The notes under the pieces were generated by a model. The model was not told where the DNA came from, did no database searches, and worked only from the letters and a program-made list of their open reading frames with translations. A DNA stretch of 64,000 nt from Kudoa neothunni (lineage: Eukaryota; Animalia; Cnidaria): the NCBI GenBank assembly GCA_964304625.1, contig OZ199838.1, positions 1,901,927 to 1,965,926 on the forward strand, written 5' to 3'. Below are positions 53,374 through 64,000 of the stretch, one piece after another; position 1 is the first letter of the stretch, and each line of letters starts with the position of its first letter. The translations under genes were made by a program, and so were the position numbers.

Positions 53374-55372
53374 CTACAGATTTCTAATATCGTTATCGTA
53401 TTGAGCAGCGATTCCAGTTTGGCCTTTAAGCACATCCCCAATTATCGCGTCGTTCTGTGACTCGAGACCTTTCCAAGCGGTTTCGCCGGCGATATTGCCA
53501 CCAGTGGTTGTATTGTTAGATTCAATCACTGACGATTCGTCAGAATAAGGTGATAATGCCATCAGCACATCCAATTTCTCTTCCAAATAAGCATTGATAT
53601 CCATAGGTGTACAATTGGGGTAAGGTAATTGGAGCTCATTTCTACAACAAGACAAAAATCAACTATTTATTACTACACACGCATCTAATTATGGTGGTAC
53701 TCACATTGTTTCATACTCCGCCGAATTTTCGATAAGACCATGAATTAGTTCTATGGGGGTAATCACAGGTTTATATAGTTCCTAAGGATGTATTTTTGTA
53801 GATTAGATTCGACAAACTAAAATAGCCTACTGTATTGTCAATATAGATGTTATTGTAGCAGGAGAGCGACACCCACAAATCCACTTGTAAAAAGTTGGCC
53901 AATTTAGCAATAGTGATTCGACCGATTGAGACATTCACACACTACATACATCATCCGAGTTAATTCAACAAATAGTCTCTACTAATCGCTTAATAACCTA
54001 CCTTTTTTCCAAAAGCCACTATAATTTTCTTTAGATTCTGAGCCAACACCATCAATCCCTTAACTGCTGGTCCATACAATAAAAATCCTATTGTTTTGGC
54101 TCCCTCAACCTGCGCCACATATTTCGATCTTAATCAACAACAAATGCATTCCATCAGAAAAAGTTAGAATTCTTTTAATTAATGGGTCTACCTCTTAACT
54201 AGATGTTTCACTATTTGTCTACTATCCACCAATGTGAACGGTTCATCCGTGTCTGACGACGAATCGCCAAATATGAACAATTTGTTATGCGGGAAAGTGA
54301 TCGACAAGTTGAATTCTAATCGACTATCCACTGGGCAGTCTTTAGTTGTCAACAGCAATATATCGTAATTCGAAATAGTAGATTTGGCGAGAATTTGTTT
54401 AGGCACTTTTCGTCCACATCTAATCATAGAAAAAAACTCAATGCTACATATCTGCAATCTCCACTAATTTACAATATCATATATTTATCAGAATTATCGT
54501 GTTGGTCGGCGATGTTTTCGACTGCTCACAAAAAATTTTTTAGTTTTTATCACATTTTTCGACTAATTACTTTCCCGCAGTTGGGACCTTAACATACATG
54601 AGGAATTACACGCACAATGTTTGGTTCCACAATTCTCCCCGCTCGCTGTATATTGAGCCGAATTACAACCACAACTTAAGTTATTAACATTTTTCTCACA
54701 CTCGTTTTGACCTGAGTTAGAATCATTTTCTTTTACAAGCTGTGAAGTGGGCTCAACCAATTGCATCGAATCGCATACTGGATGACCTATCACATCGTCA
54801 ACCTCAAACACACCCCCGATCTCCTGACTGTAACCACTGTAACATAGATCATAAAAAACTAAAAACGGGCGGGTTCTATTGTTGTTGAGACTAGTTATTG
54901 CTGTCTTCAATCTCTCCACATTATGAGATCGACTCTGTGTATTACCAAACGAATATAAAATAGGATATGTGGCATTGTGACTGCATCAAAAAACAAATTA
55001 ATCCTTCACAATCACAAGTTAATTTACTGATTGAAACAAGCATTCCCATAGTGAATGAGTAAATCAGGAATATAGTGCTTGGCGGTGATTATATCCACAC
55101 AACAGTTACCGTAGGTTTCGTCGGCCATCACAAAGAAATCAGCATCCTTACATGCCGCCTTCAATTCATACTCCATATTCGACACATAACATAACAAATA
55201 GTTAGGAACCTGTAATGCAACCTACAATATTCAAGATAACATCACAACAATCTCATTCAACTAAAATTACTATTTTATATTGATTTCTATTGATTATGCC
55301 AGCAATTTTATCCACTTCAAAATATTCTCTCACATTATCAACAATAAATGTTTCTGGAGACGATTGACTCAT
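53374..55372 (-). CDS. DPH2: diphthamide biosynthesis protein 2
   Basis: VALQVP, ADETYGNCCVD, LIHYGNAC, GRITIAKLANF, C-terminal AWKGLE...GQTGIAAQYDND (DPH2-type). Confidence 0.92.
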
Positions 55373-55587
55373 TGCTTTTGGAATATTTAAAAACACACCC
55401 CTCCCAAATAACTGTAACCACCTTAAAGGTCAACTTTATCTATTAACTAACATCGGCAATTTTCGTCGACATGTTAAATTTCTATATTTGATTAAATCAA
55501 TGACATGTATAGCTTAATCTAAATCATTATATTTGTAAAATTATTCTATTGGTTTAAAGAATTAATTTGTACACTCAATATTTTTTT

Positions 55588-55599
55588 TGCGCAAGCGCA
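55588..55599. promoter_or_regulatory. NRF1/Ewg-like site in the DPH2-CWF19L1 bidirectional promoter
   Basis: TGCGCAAGCGCA, one mismatch to TGCGCATGCGCA, in a 268-bp gap between the two start codons. Confidence 0.5.
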
Positions 55600-55640
55600 T
55601 TAACAAAAGAACAAATTGCTAACGCTGGAATTGTTGACAG

Positions 55641-58600
55641 ATGATCATTAAAATGTAGTTGGATTTTATTTTGAGGAGTTTAATTGGTTGTAGCTTATTT
55701 TGTGGAGAAATTAAGGGACAATTCAGGAAGCTGATCGATAAACTCAATACGCTAAATGAAAAACATGGACCTTTTGAGGTGATCGACCTTATGTTGCTAA
55801 CGGAATGATGATTTTTTTGATTCGAATAGGCGGTGGTCACAGCTGGGAATTTATTTGCGGATGAAGACAACAGTGAATTTGAATTATTGAAAAATGGTGA
55901 ATTGAAATGTATGTTTTGCTATTATTTTAGTCTGCGAATCTAATAGAAAGTTATGAATTTACTTGATTTTCATATTTAGTTCCCATTCCGGTGATTGCGC
56001 TCGGTCCACAAAAATCCCAGCATTGTGGATTCTATGGTGATGTAGAATTTTTAAATAGTGGAGGAGAAATATGCCACAATTTGATGTACCCAGGTAATTT
56101 GTTGTTGATTTATCACTTTAAATATTTATAATGACATAAACTGTTAACTAATGCTAATTCTAATGCTAATGAGTGAGTGAGTGGATGAATGAATAAATGT
56201 GCTTTAGGAAAATCTGGAATTTACCGATTTGTGAATGGCGGTTTAACTATGGCGTATATTTCGGCTGCATTCAATGAGGATGTATTTTTGTGCATGTTGA
56301 TTTTCGATCTATTCAACCGATAGGGAACCTGTAGTGTACAAAACAAAGAATTCTCCAATTTGAAAAAAGTAGTCGAAAAATTCGTCGGTTTCAAGGGAGT
56401 GGATTTTTTTGTCACTCCTTGTTGGCCCCAAGGTGTCACCACTTATGCTCAAGTACCCAAGGTAACGTATCAAATTTTGTCATAAACGTATTTTTATGTG
56501 AATGACTCACAAAATGCTCCCTAATAGGAATACAACGATATACAACTCAAATCATCCGTTCACATTTCCCATCTCTCGAAACTACTCAAACCCAGATATC
56601 ATCTTGCCAATTCCACCCTTCAACCTTACGGTTGTCATTATGAACGAGCCCCCTATAGGTATGGTTTGGGTGTAATTGTTAGATGCGAACCAACAAATAT
56701 TAATTGGCGGTTGCGGTAACAACTTTATTCCAATAACACAGCTAATAAGAATTAACACAATAATCTATGGTGAGGCTTTCCATCTGGGGATGGGGATGCG
56801 AAGTACGATTTGGGGGAGCGGGATGGGACCATAATTAGAAATAATTTTTGACGATTTTTTAAGAAAATGCCAATTGTTAAATATACGAACCATACAACAT
56901 TAAAGAACACATCGTTATTATTCTTATTTGAATTAGTTTTCATTTTTTTAAATATAATGCAGAAATATTTTACGAGCCGCGTTTAATTCAAAAAATTTGA
57001 ATTCGCTAATTAACTTAGAAACGAGCCTGGCTGTTAATACTTTTAAAATTAACGAAATATTTTGTTATCAACAAATTTTAGAACATTAAATTTACACCAG
57101 AATGATAAAACGAAATTATCATTACTAATTCTTGGAGTTATTTCTGTATTACATTTTAATTACCCACCTAAATCTTGAGTGAGCTACATTTTTTGTATAC
57201 ACCGGGCGGGGGTCATCAATGCATGGCCCGCGATATCCCCCTTAAAATTCGGATGCGCACACGTACCTATATCGCAGGCATGTGACGTAAGGATATTCAA
57301 TGCATACCCGTACCCTGATGGATACAAAACGAAAAAATTTTTTCTTATAAACATAGTTTTACTTGAAATTAATATTGTTTTATTGATTAATTTACGTATT
57401 TTGCATAAAATAGTAAAATTTTGATAATTTTTCAATAGCATAAGCATAACTTGGCACCGCTTCCAGGTAGCGTTACCAACCCAAATCGGACATCCGATAA
57501 AATTTTTGCTACACAAAATTGAACAACTCAGAATTTCTTGTAAAAGCAGAACTAACATTTAATTATATGTATAAATATTAGGTCAATTTATAATTAATTC
57601 AGAAACTTCAAATTTATGACATCATTTGGTCGATGTGTTGAAAAATTTCCTCATTAGAACAAGATTATAATGTAGAGCACAACATTTTATTTATTTTGAT
57701 GTTTTCGGTAATTCCAGAAGAGAAAATTCTCTTTCAGGTGAAGCGTTAATCAGAGCTAGAGGAAGTAAAGATGTGCTGTATTTTCCGATAGAATTAACAA
57801 GCTGTATCGAAGATTGTTTCTGGTACGTTGCGATAAGATCCAATCTTCTTCCTTTTTATACATATGAATTGTATTGATGTATAAACTTATATCTTCCTTT
57901 TTTAAGTAAATAAAACACCGATTAAAAATTGATAAAAATTAATAATTGCAGACAAAAAGTTATATTTCTGCATGTGTAATTTATACAACTAGTCAACTTG
58001 ATAATTAACATAAAATCCGTAGTGTGTGTATTTGTTTATATCACTATTGTTAAATGTTTTACAACAAAATTTGATTTAACATTAACCTTGTTGATATCCT
58101 CTAAAAGACCTCTATCTTCAAACATCAAATTATAAACTAACTCGTGGGAAATTTTGAATGAAGGTTTAAAGATTGTTCATTTTTTAAAATAAACTCTTTC
58201 GGGATAGAATCAAAATTTGAACTAATACTCACATAATTTAAACAACAACATTTTAAATGTTGGTTTGTATTTAAGATAAGTAATTGTGAGAAATGCAATT
58301 TAAACGATTTTCATGTAGGAACCATCCGACAAATGCCACTCTACAGGAACATGTTACCAGATTTGTGAGTTTGGCGTCAGCCTTCAATCCTGATGATAGT
58401 AAAGTGAGATTGAAAAATTTTAGTTATTGGGACTGAGAGTGGTTATTTATAGTGGTTGTATGCGATTCGAATCACTCCATTAACCCTTATGCCATTGTCT
58501 GAGTTGGTAGAACAACCTTCCAACACCACCGAATCCCCTTATATTGCTCTTCCTTCTCTTCTCAAAACTGGTTCTAAAAAATACAGTAATACATCATTTC

Positions 58601-60148
58601 GTGGGTTATTTTCAACAAAACTATGTTTAGTTAAGAATAATAGTGACCTTCATTCTGGCGGACCTATTCGAACCGATCGAAGACCTAAGTCGGGAGGTTT
58701 TTGTCAATTTTTATTTAATTAACCGATACATGCTCCTTTAATCGATGATCGAAATAAAAATTTTCTGATGATTAAAACATAACAATTTATTGTAACATCT
58801 TTAACGGATGAATGGAATAAATGTTTTCTTAAAATAATTAAATCGTAATAATTTATTCTAATAAATAATAGCTGATCATAAGCATATTAAGGAATACTTT
58901 GATGAATGTAACACAGTCTTCACTGATTTAAGTTATTTTATGCCGAAGGAATGAGGGAGTTTCTGCTATAAATTGGTGCTATATTTTTATAATTAAGCGA
59001 TTCAGAAATTTATCTAAGTCATGAAAAAAATTAGAACATTTTTCCTAATGTTTGCATTATAAAGCTGATTTGTAAAATCCAACTCATTGAAACAGGATAT
59101 TGTTTTATGGAGATTTTTACGCAATATTTGTTATTTAACTTTGTCGTTTTGACTTACTGTAATATTTTTCTATTTTTTTCTACATGATTAAAGGATCATT
59201 TATTGATATAATCAACCATTAATTAAATTGTTGCGTTCACTAGAGGTAAACGTATCGAATGAAGCCTGCTGGTTCTGTCTGAACAATCCTAAATTAGCAA
59301 AACATCTTATAGTTTATGTTGGAACTCACGTGATTAATTGATTCGTTTTATTTTTATTATTAAAAATTAGAATTATCTGGTGTTGGCCAAAGGTGGAATC
59401 GTCCCACATCATTTACTGATCGTGCCAATTGAACATTTCTCCAACACACTAGAGTTATCTCAGGTATTCAATGTTTAAAATCAATAAAGTTTTTTAAGCA
59501 CAATAATTTGATCGACAGCAAGCACTGGATGAGATTCAATATTTGAAAAAATTGTTGGTTTCACTTTTCAAGCTTGAAGGTTCTAGTATGATATTCTATG
59601 AAAGAAATTATGCATCGCGCCATTTACAAATTCAGGTAACTCAACATTGTAGTTAGTGATGTTGGAGTTGTATGAATGGTTGGAATAGGTTGTTCCTGTA
59701 CCTCGTGGCAACCCCGATTCATTAGTTAATACTTTTGTGAATTATGGACGAAAAAACAACATTATCTTTGAAGATCTATCTCAAATAGATAAAAATTTAG
59801 ACCAGGTTTTAAAATTGAAGAGACGATATTTAAACATTAATCCATTATCTAGGTCGTCGAACCTAACGACAACTATTTTTATGTTGAATTTGAAGACCAT
59901 CGAAAACTACTACACAAAATTGAGGGGAAATTTCCACTGTATTTTGGAAGGTGGGTTCAGTTCTTAGCTAATTGGTGTAAAGTATGATATCGATTTTATT
60001 TAGGGAAGTGCTCGCCAGCAAAGAAGTCCTATCACTACCTCCCTACAGAGTTGATTGGAGGAAATGTGTGCTCTCTGAACAAGATGAGACAACAGTCGTT
60101 GATGAAATAAAAATAAAACTCAACGCATGCAGAAAAAATGTTAAATAA
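55641..60148 (+). CDS. CWF19L1: CWF19-like protein 1 (Drn1)
   Basis: ILFCGEIKGQF...HGPFE; GVDFFVTPCWP; PRYH...ERAPYRNH...TRF; WLYAIRITP; CWFCLNNPKLAKHLIV; LAKGG...HLLIVPIEH; ERNY...HLQIQVVPVP; FGREVLA...DWRKC. One 1660-nt intron at 56659-58318. Confidence 0.93.
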
Positions 60149-60188
60149 AACAATTTGTTTTTTTGACCCTGTAATTGTCTACATATCA

Positions 60189-60875
60189 CTACAAGTGTAG
60201 ATTTTTTGCCAATAGATTAATTATTAAGTGGTAATTTGACGTGACCCTTTCGTCCGTCACAGTCTTAATCTGTTCCTCTACGCCTATTCAAATTTAAAAA
60301 ATATCAAAAAATATGCTAATTACTTCTTTGGCGCGCATAAACATTCATTGAAAGGTTAAGAGCCTGCTCAATAGGATAAAAATGCCGAGGGTGCACTCCC
60401 TGTATGGGTTTGGCGAGCATAACATTTATATTGTACACATATTTGACGATCCATTGAAGCAGCTTTAATTGTTGCATCGTCTTAGAGTAGGCTTTCGATA
60501 CGATGAAACTTTCCCCCAAGTCTCGTGTCTCGTAGTCCAGATTATAAAATGACATCAAAATGGATCCAAGGATTATTTTGATATAATTTGTTGAAGGATA
60601 AAATAATTCATTGAAAAGTTCAATAACAACAAATATAAACCACAATGAATCATCTAAATTCGATTCTTTCATCAAAAAGTCATTTTTGAGGTTTAACACA
60701 TCCCTTAACAATTCGCATGATGATGGAATGGCTGTGTTGTCGTTTGGAGTCAATAAAATTGGAACAGACAGTTGTTTCTCATCATGATTTCCAGTCATTT
60801 CATCAACTGTAAAACAATCAGTTGAATGTTCAATTGTTTTGTTATAAATTTTGTTGATTGTAATCATCATCTCTC
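60189..60875 (-). CDS. hypothetical protein, probably the 3' exons of a longer gene
   Basis: 184-aa open frame in AT-rich DNA, then a GTAATT...AATAG intron and an in-frame last exon SVEEQIKTVTDERVTSNYHLIINLLAKNLHL*; no family recognised. Confidence 0.55.
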
Positions 60876-60931
60876 TTTAAATAATATATGAATGTTAGAT
60901 TGTTACAAAACAAGTATATAATGGTAGACTA

Positions 60932-63900
60932 TTAACCCTCTAACGGACTTGGGGTCGTCAGTGGGACCCCAATGCCACATTATATTTCCCATAAAATTTT
61001 TTCTAATATACATTCAAGCCTGTAATTCTGGCTATTCTTCTATATTTATGAAAAGTATATATTGATATATTTTTTAGTTTGTAATTGCTATTACATAACA
61101 CGAAAATAAAAATCCATCTTCCAACGGAATATGGGGTCCGTGAATGATTTCAGCAAAATCTTAATCCTATTTTATCATTATACATTCATTATAATTAGAT
61201 ATTTTTTAACATTGCGTGATTAGTGAAAATTTTAAATATATCCTTTCGTTATTGTTTCTTATAAATATTTTACATTCATTACAATATTTCCTTGTGTTAT
61301 AATTTATTTTGTAAAAAATCTATAAAAAACAAAAGTTATTCAGTAGGTTATTTGATATTAACTAAAAATTTCCAAAAAATATTTCTTAATGTTGCAGATT
61401 ATGCAATTAGAATCATTGCTCCTATTACAACAGCGTATTCGTGCGAAACTAGAATTCCTCGCAGGTTACCTAACAACTAAGCCATCAAATCGCTTAAATG
61501 CGCGTTGTTCCTTCAAAGACTGTCAAAATTCAGTGAATTTATGGATAAAATACAACTACAAAAATCTCATTAACCTTCCAAGTAACACAAAATCAGGCAC
61601 CCTCCGAGTAACAATGAAGTGAAAAAAGGCTCCCAAATTTTTTGGGCATATTTCATATTCTTAGGTTATTTACTAAAAAAATGAAACAAAATTGTAAAAT
61701 GTGTAGGTTTTCCATATTATTTTCACGTTTTAAATTTATGTGCGTATGTACATATTGTCTATATAACACGCCATTGTCGAACTTTAAAATTACTGTTTCT
61801 AGAATACTCCTAAAATCCTCAGAAAATGTAAAAAATCTATAAAATAATAATTGGTTTATTCAAAAAATCCAATTTTTGTAAAATTGACAATCTAAGCGTA
61901 ATACAGTAAACTACACAGGTGTTTATTTCATTAAATATTTCCCATTTTTAGGTCATTGTTTAGGAGTGAATACGTTAAGTTTAAAAATCATTTGATATAT
62001 TGAAAATAATTGGACAACTCTAATGAATTAATATATAATATTGTGAACAAATTAATTAAAACTTATGCTATAAATATCAATCTTTGCAAGAATAAGTTGG
62101 ATGTTCTTTGCAACATGGACGCTTACAGAGATCACATGTGATGGTTGTTTTTTATCTTTGTCTCGACGACACCAGATACATCTTTTTTCAAAAAGTCTCC
62201 CCTTTTATTATTTGGGTCGTTAAATATCTTCTTGTAAGCTACAAATGCATTTACAAGTGAGATATCAATCATGTTGTAAAACACAACTAACGGCCATCCC
62301 CTCTGGTGAAACGTCTCACTGAGATCGATGCCAACACACGATCTACAGTATCAACGCCTCGATTAGCAGCATTATACTGTAGAATAACATCTAGCTTATG
62401 GGGAAACATTCTACAAAGTTTTGTGTTATGGTTGGATGTACAAATTAGGAGGACATTATTATTTTTCTTTGGAGTGAACGATACCAACATTTTCTTTTTG
62501 TTGAAAACAAATTTTGATTCATTCACCGGGGTTTTTCTATTAGGGAGGAGAAATGGTGGTATAACTCGTTTGTTCAAACGAATTTTACTAATTATGGTCA
62601 TTCTTCTTTTGATTAATTTATCATCCAAAGGAATCGATGGAAAATAATTATCGCAAACCGAACTGCATCCTGGACCAATTAGATTTTCGGTTAATTTCAG
62701 AGCAATATTCTTACCAACACTATGAACTTTGACATCAGTCGAGCATTTTTTACCAATATATGCGTTCGTATTTAATACATAGAAAGTCTGCGGATCTATT
62801 ATTAATAAAAATTTTAACCCGTATTCCGCAGGTTTATTCTTAATGTATTGCGTGAACGAGCAGTTACCCCTAAAGGATACAAACTGTTCATTAAGACACA
62901 CATCAAACCCAGAATTATAACTTTTTCTCACAATATTGACCCAGATTTCTCTAATGGGGAAAAATTTATCCAGTAATTTTCTCTGATCTGTTGTATTTGC
63001 GCCGTCAAAATGGGTTGCTATAGTTAATTGTCTAAATATTCGCAAAGAGAATAAATCTATGTATATTTGACTGCCTTCAGTAAAACTAAACAAATCAACT
63101 AATGGCTCTTGTCGATCTTTACGGATAGCCGCATATAAGATGCAGCCAATAAAACCATGTATTTCATCACATCAACGTTTTCCCATTTATTCGCATAATG
63201 ATTATTCCCGTATTGGTTGGTAAATTCAATGATTTTGTTCATTATTTCCAACGGGAAAAGTGGTGAAAACATCCAGCGGCATTATAAATTCTTTGAGTGG
63301 CGTATGGAGTCACACCTTCTTTAAAAATTACTATTTTTTTCCGCTGCATCATTTGTTTTTCTTGTTATAAGACGCTCCACAAATTATTATTTTTATCAGC
63401 GAGGGAATCAGCCTTCGCTAATCATGGATTCATCTTCAAAGTCTTCATTATCAGACTCCCTTATATATATATATATATATATCGAATCTAATGTATCGAG
63501 GTCAGATTCATCGCTATTTGCTAACAAATATTCCATCGCCACAAAAACCATGTTTCGCGCTTGTGCGCTCGGACGAGTTTTAAGTATTTTTCATTTTTCA
63601 ACATGAAGCTACTGTTCGATTTGAGTTTTCTTTTATTAATGAAATTATTTAATTATACAGTATTGAAATTCCAAATAAAAATATGGGGTCTTTTTTCATC
63701 CCATTTGTTATCGTTACTTGGAGGGTGTGTTTTTCCAAATCCTTGCCATGTTGATTCATAATTTTTTAAGGTATTTGAGTTATAAAGACATATCTGAAAT
63801 CTTATTATTGACAATTTTCTGGTTTTAAAGATTTCCAAAGAAATTACTGGGAAGGGTTTCATAGTTGTTAGTTTTTTGTTTTAATATAAAAAATAATTCA

Positions 63901-64000
63901 TGTCTTATTAATTAAAAATTTTCAATATATATTTTAAAACAAAACCACAACATAATTAATCTGCATAATAAAAATTTCAATAAAATTGGGTATATTCAAT
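60932..64000 (-). mobile_element. piggyBac transposon with a decayed PGBD4-like transposase (about 62090-63536); far end not seen
   Basis: TTAA-CCCTCTAACGGACTTGGGG TIR. ORF 62287-63093 contains CLNEQFVSFRGNC (catalytic D changed to N), KPAEYGLK, VCDNYF, NRGVDTVD. Frameshifts and an (AT)n insert near 63462. Confidence 0.88.
61360..61480 (+). pseudogene. hAT transposase dimerisation-domain relic nested in the piggyBac element
   Basis: FQKIFLNVADYAIRIIAPITTAYSCET resembles YP.LA..A.R.L.PF.TTYLCE. Confidence 0.6.

Noticed and set aside
57179-57558. Nested ORFs in the CWF19L1 intron
   Set aside because: Low-complexity AT-driven translation with no motif; better explained as repeat debris.
57738-57823. 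Apparent extra CWF19L1 exon (tttcag...gtacgt)
   Set aside because: The conserved ERAPYR-NH...TRF sequence joins 56658 directly to 58319, so this exon is not needed.
58480-58490. TTAACCCT resembling a piggyBac terminus
   Set aside because: It lies in a conserved CWF19L1 exon; chance match.
1-64000. CRISPR arrays, prophage or bacterial defence operons
   Set aside because: No regularly spaced repeats or prokaryotic gene organisation; recognisable genes are eukaryotic and mostly spliced.

Overview
AT-rich eukaryotic (animal) genomic DNA, with no CRISPR arrays or prokaryotic features. Genes are compact and split by very short GT-AG introns (mostly about 41-60 nt), with a few kb-size introns that hold transposon debris. 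The Six homeobox, Maf and claudin-like genes, strong protein divergence, tiny introns and many piggyBac elements suggest a reduced, probably parasitic, metazoan; I cannot fix the taxon from sequence alone. Host genes: 3' part of an FN3-like type I membrane protein, nucleolin-like RRM protein, ZC3H15, tRNA-Leu(CAG), a divergent Six gene, two tandem claudin-like paralogs, CDV3, enolase, MRPS7, BRF1, two reticulon-homology (FAM134/ARL6IP1-like) genes, a Maf bZIP, DPH2 head-to-head with CWF19L1, and an orphan gene. Intergenic DNA holds decayed piggyBac transposases and MITEs, hAT (Charlie-like) MITEs and relics, and a Merlin relic. Best leads: (1) a degenerate tRNA-like unit with a perfect B box sitting divergently in the BRF1 promoter, a candidate TFIIIB autoregulatory circuit; (2) claudin-like paralogs whose enlarged first loop is encoded by a run of symmetric phase-1 micro-exons, with one segment that is an intron in one copy and coding in the other; (3) a hAT MITE joined to the same position of a piggyBac terminus at two loci. 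All gene models were assembled by eye and need RNA-seq confirmation.
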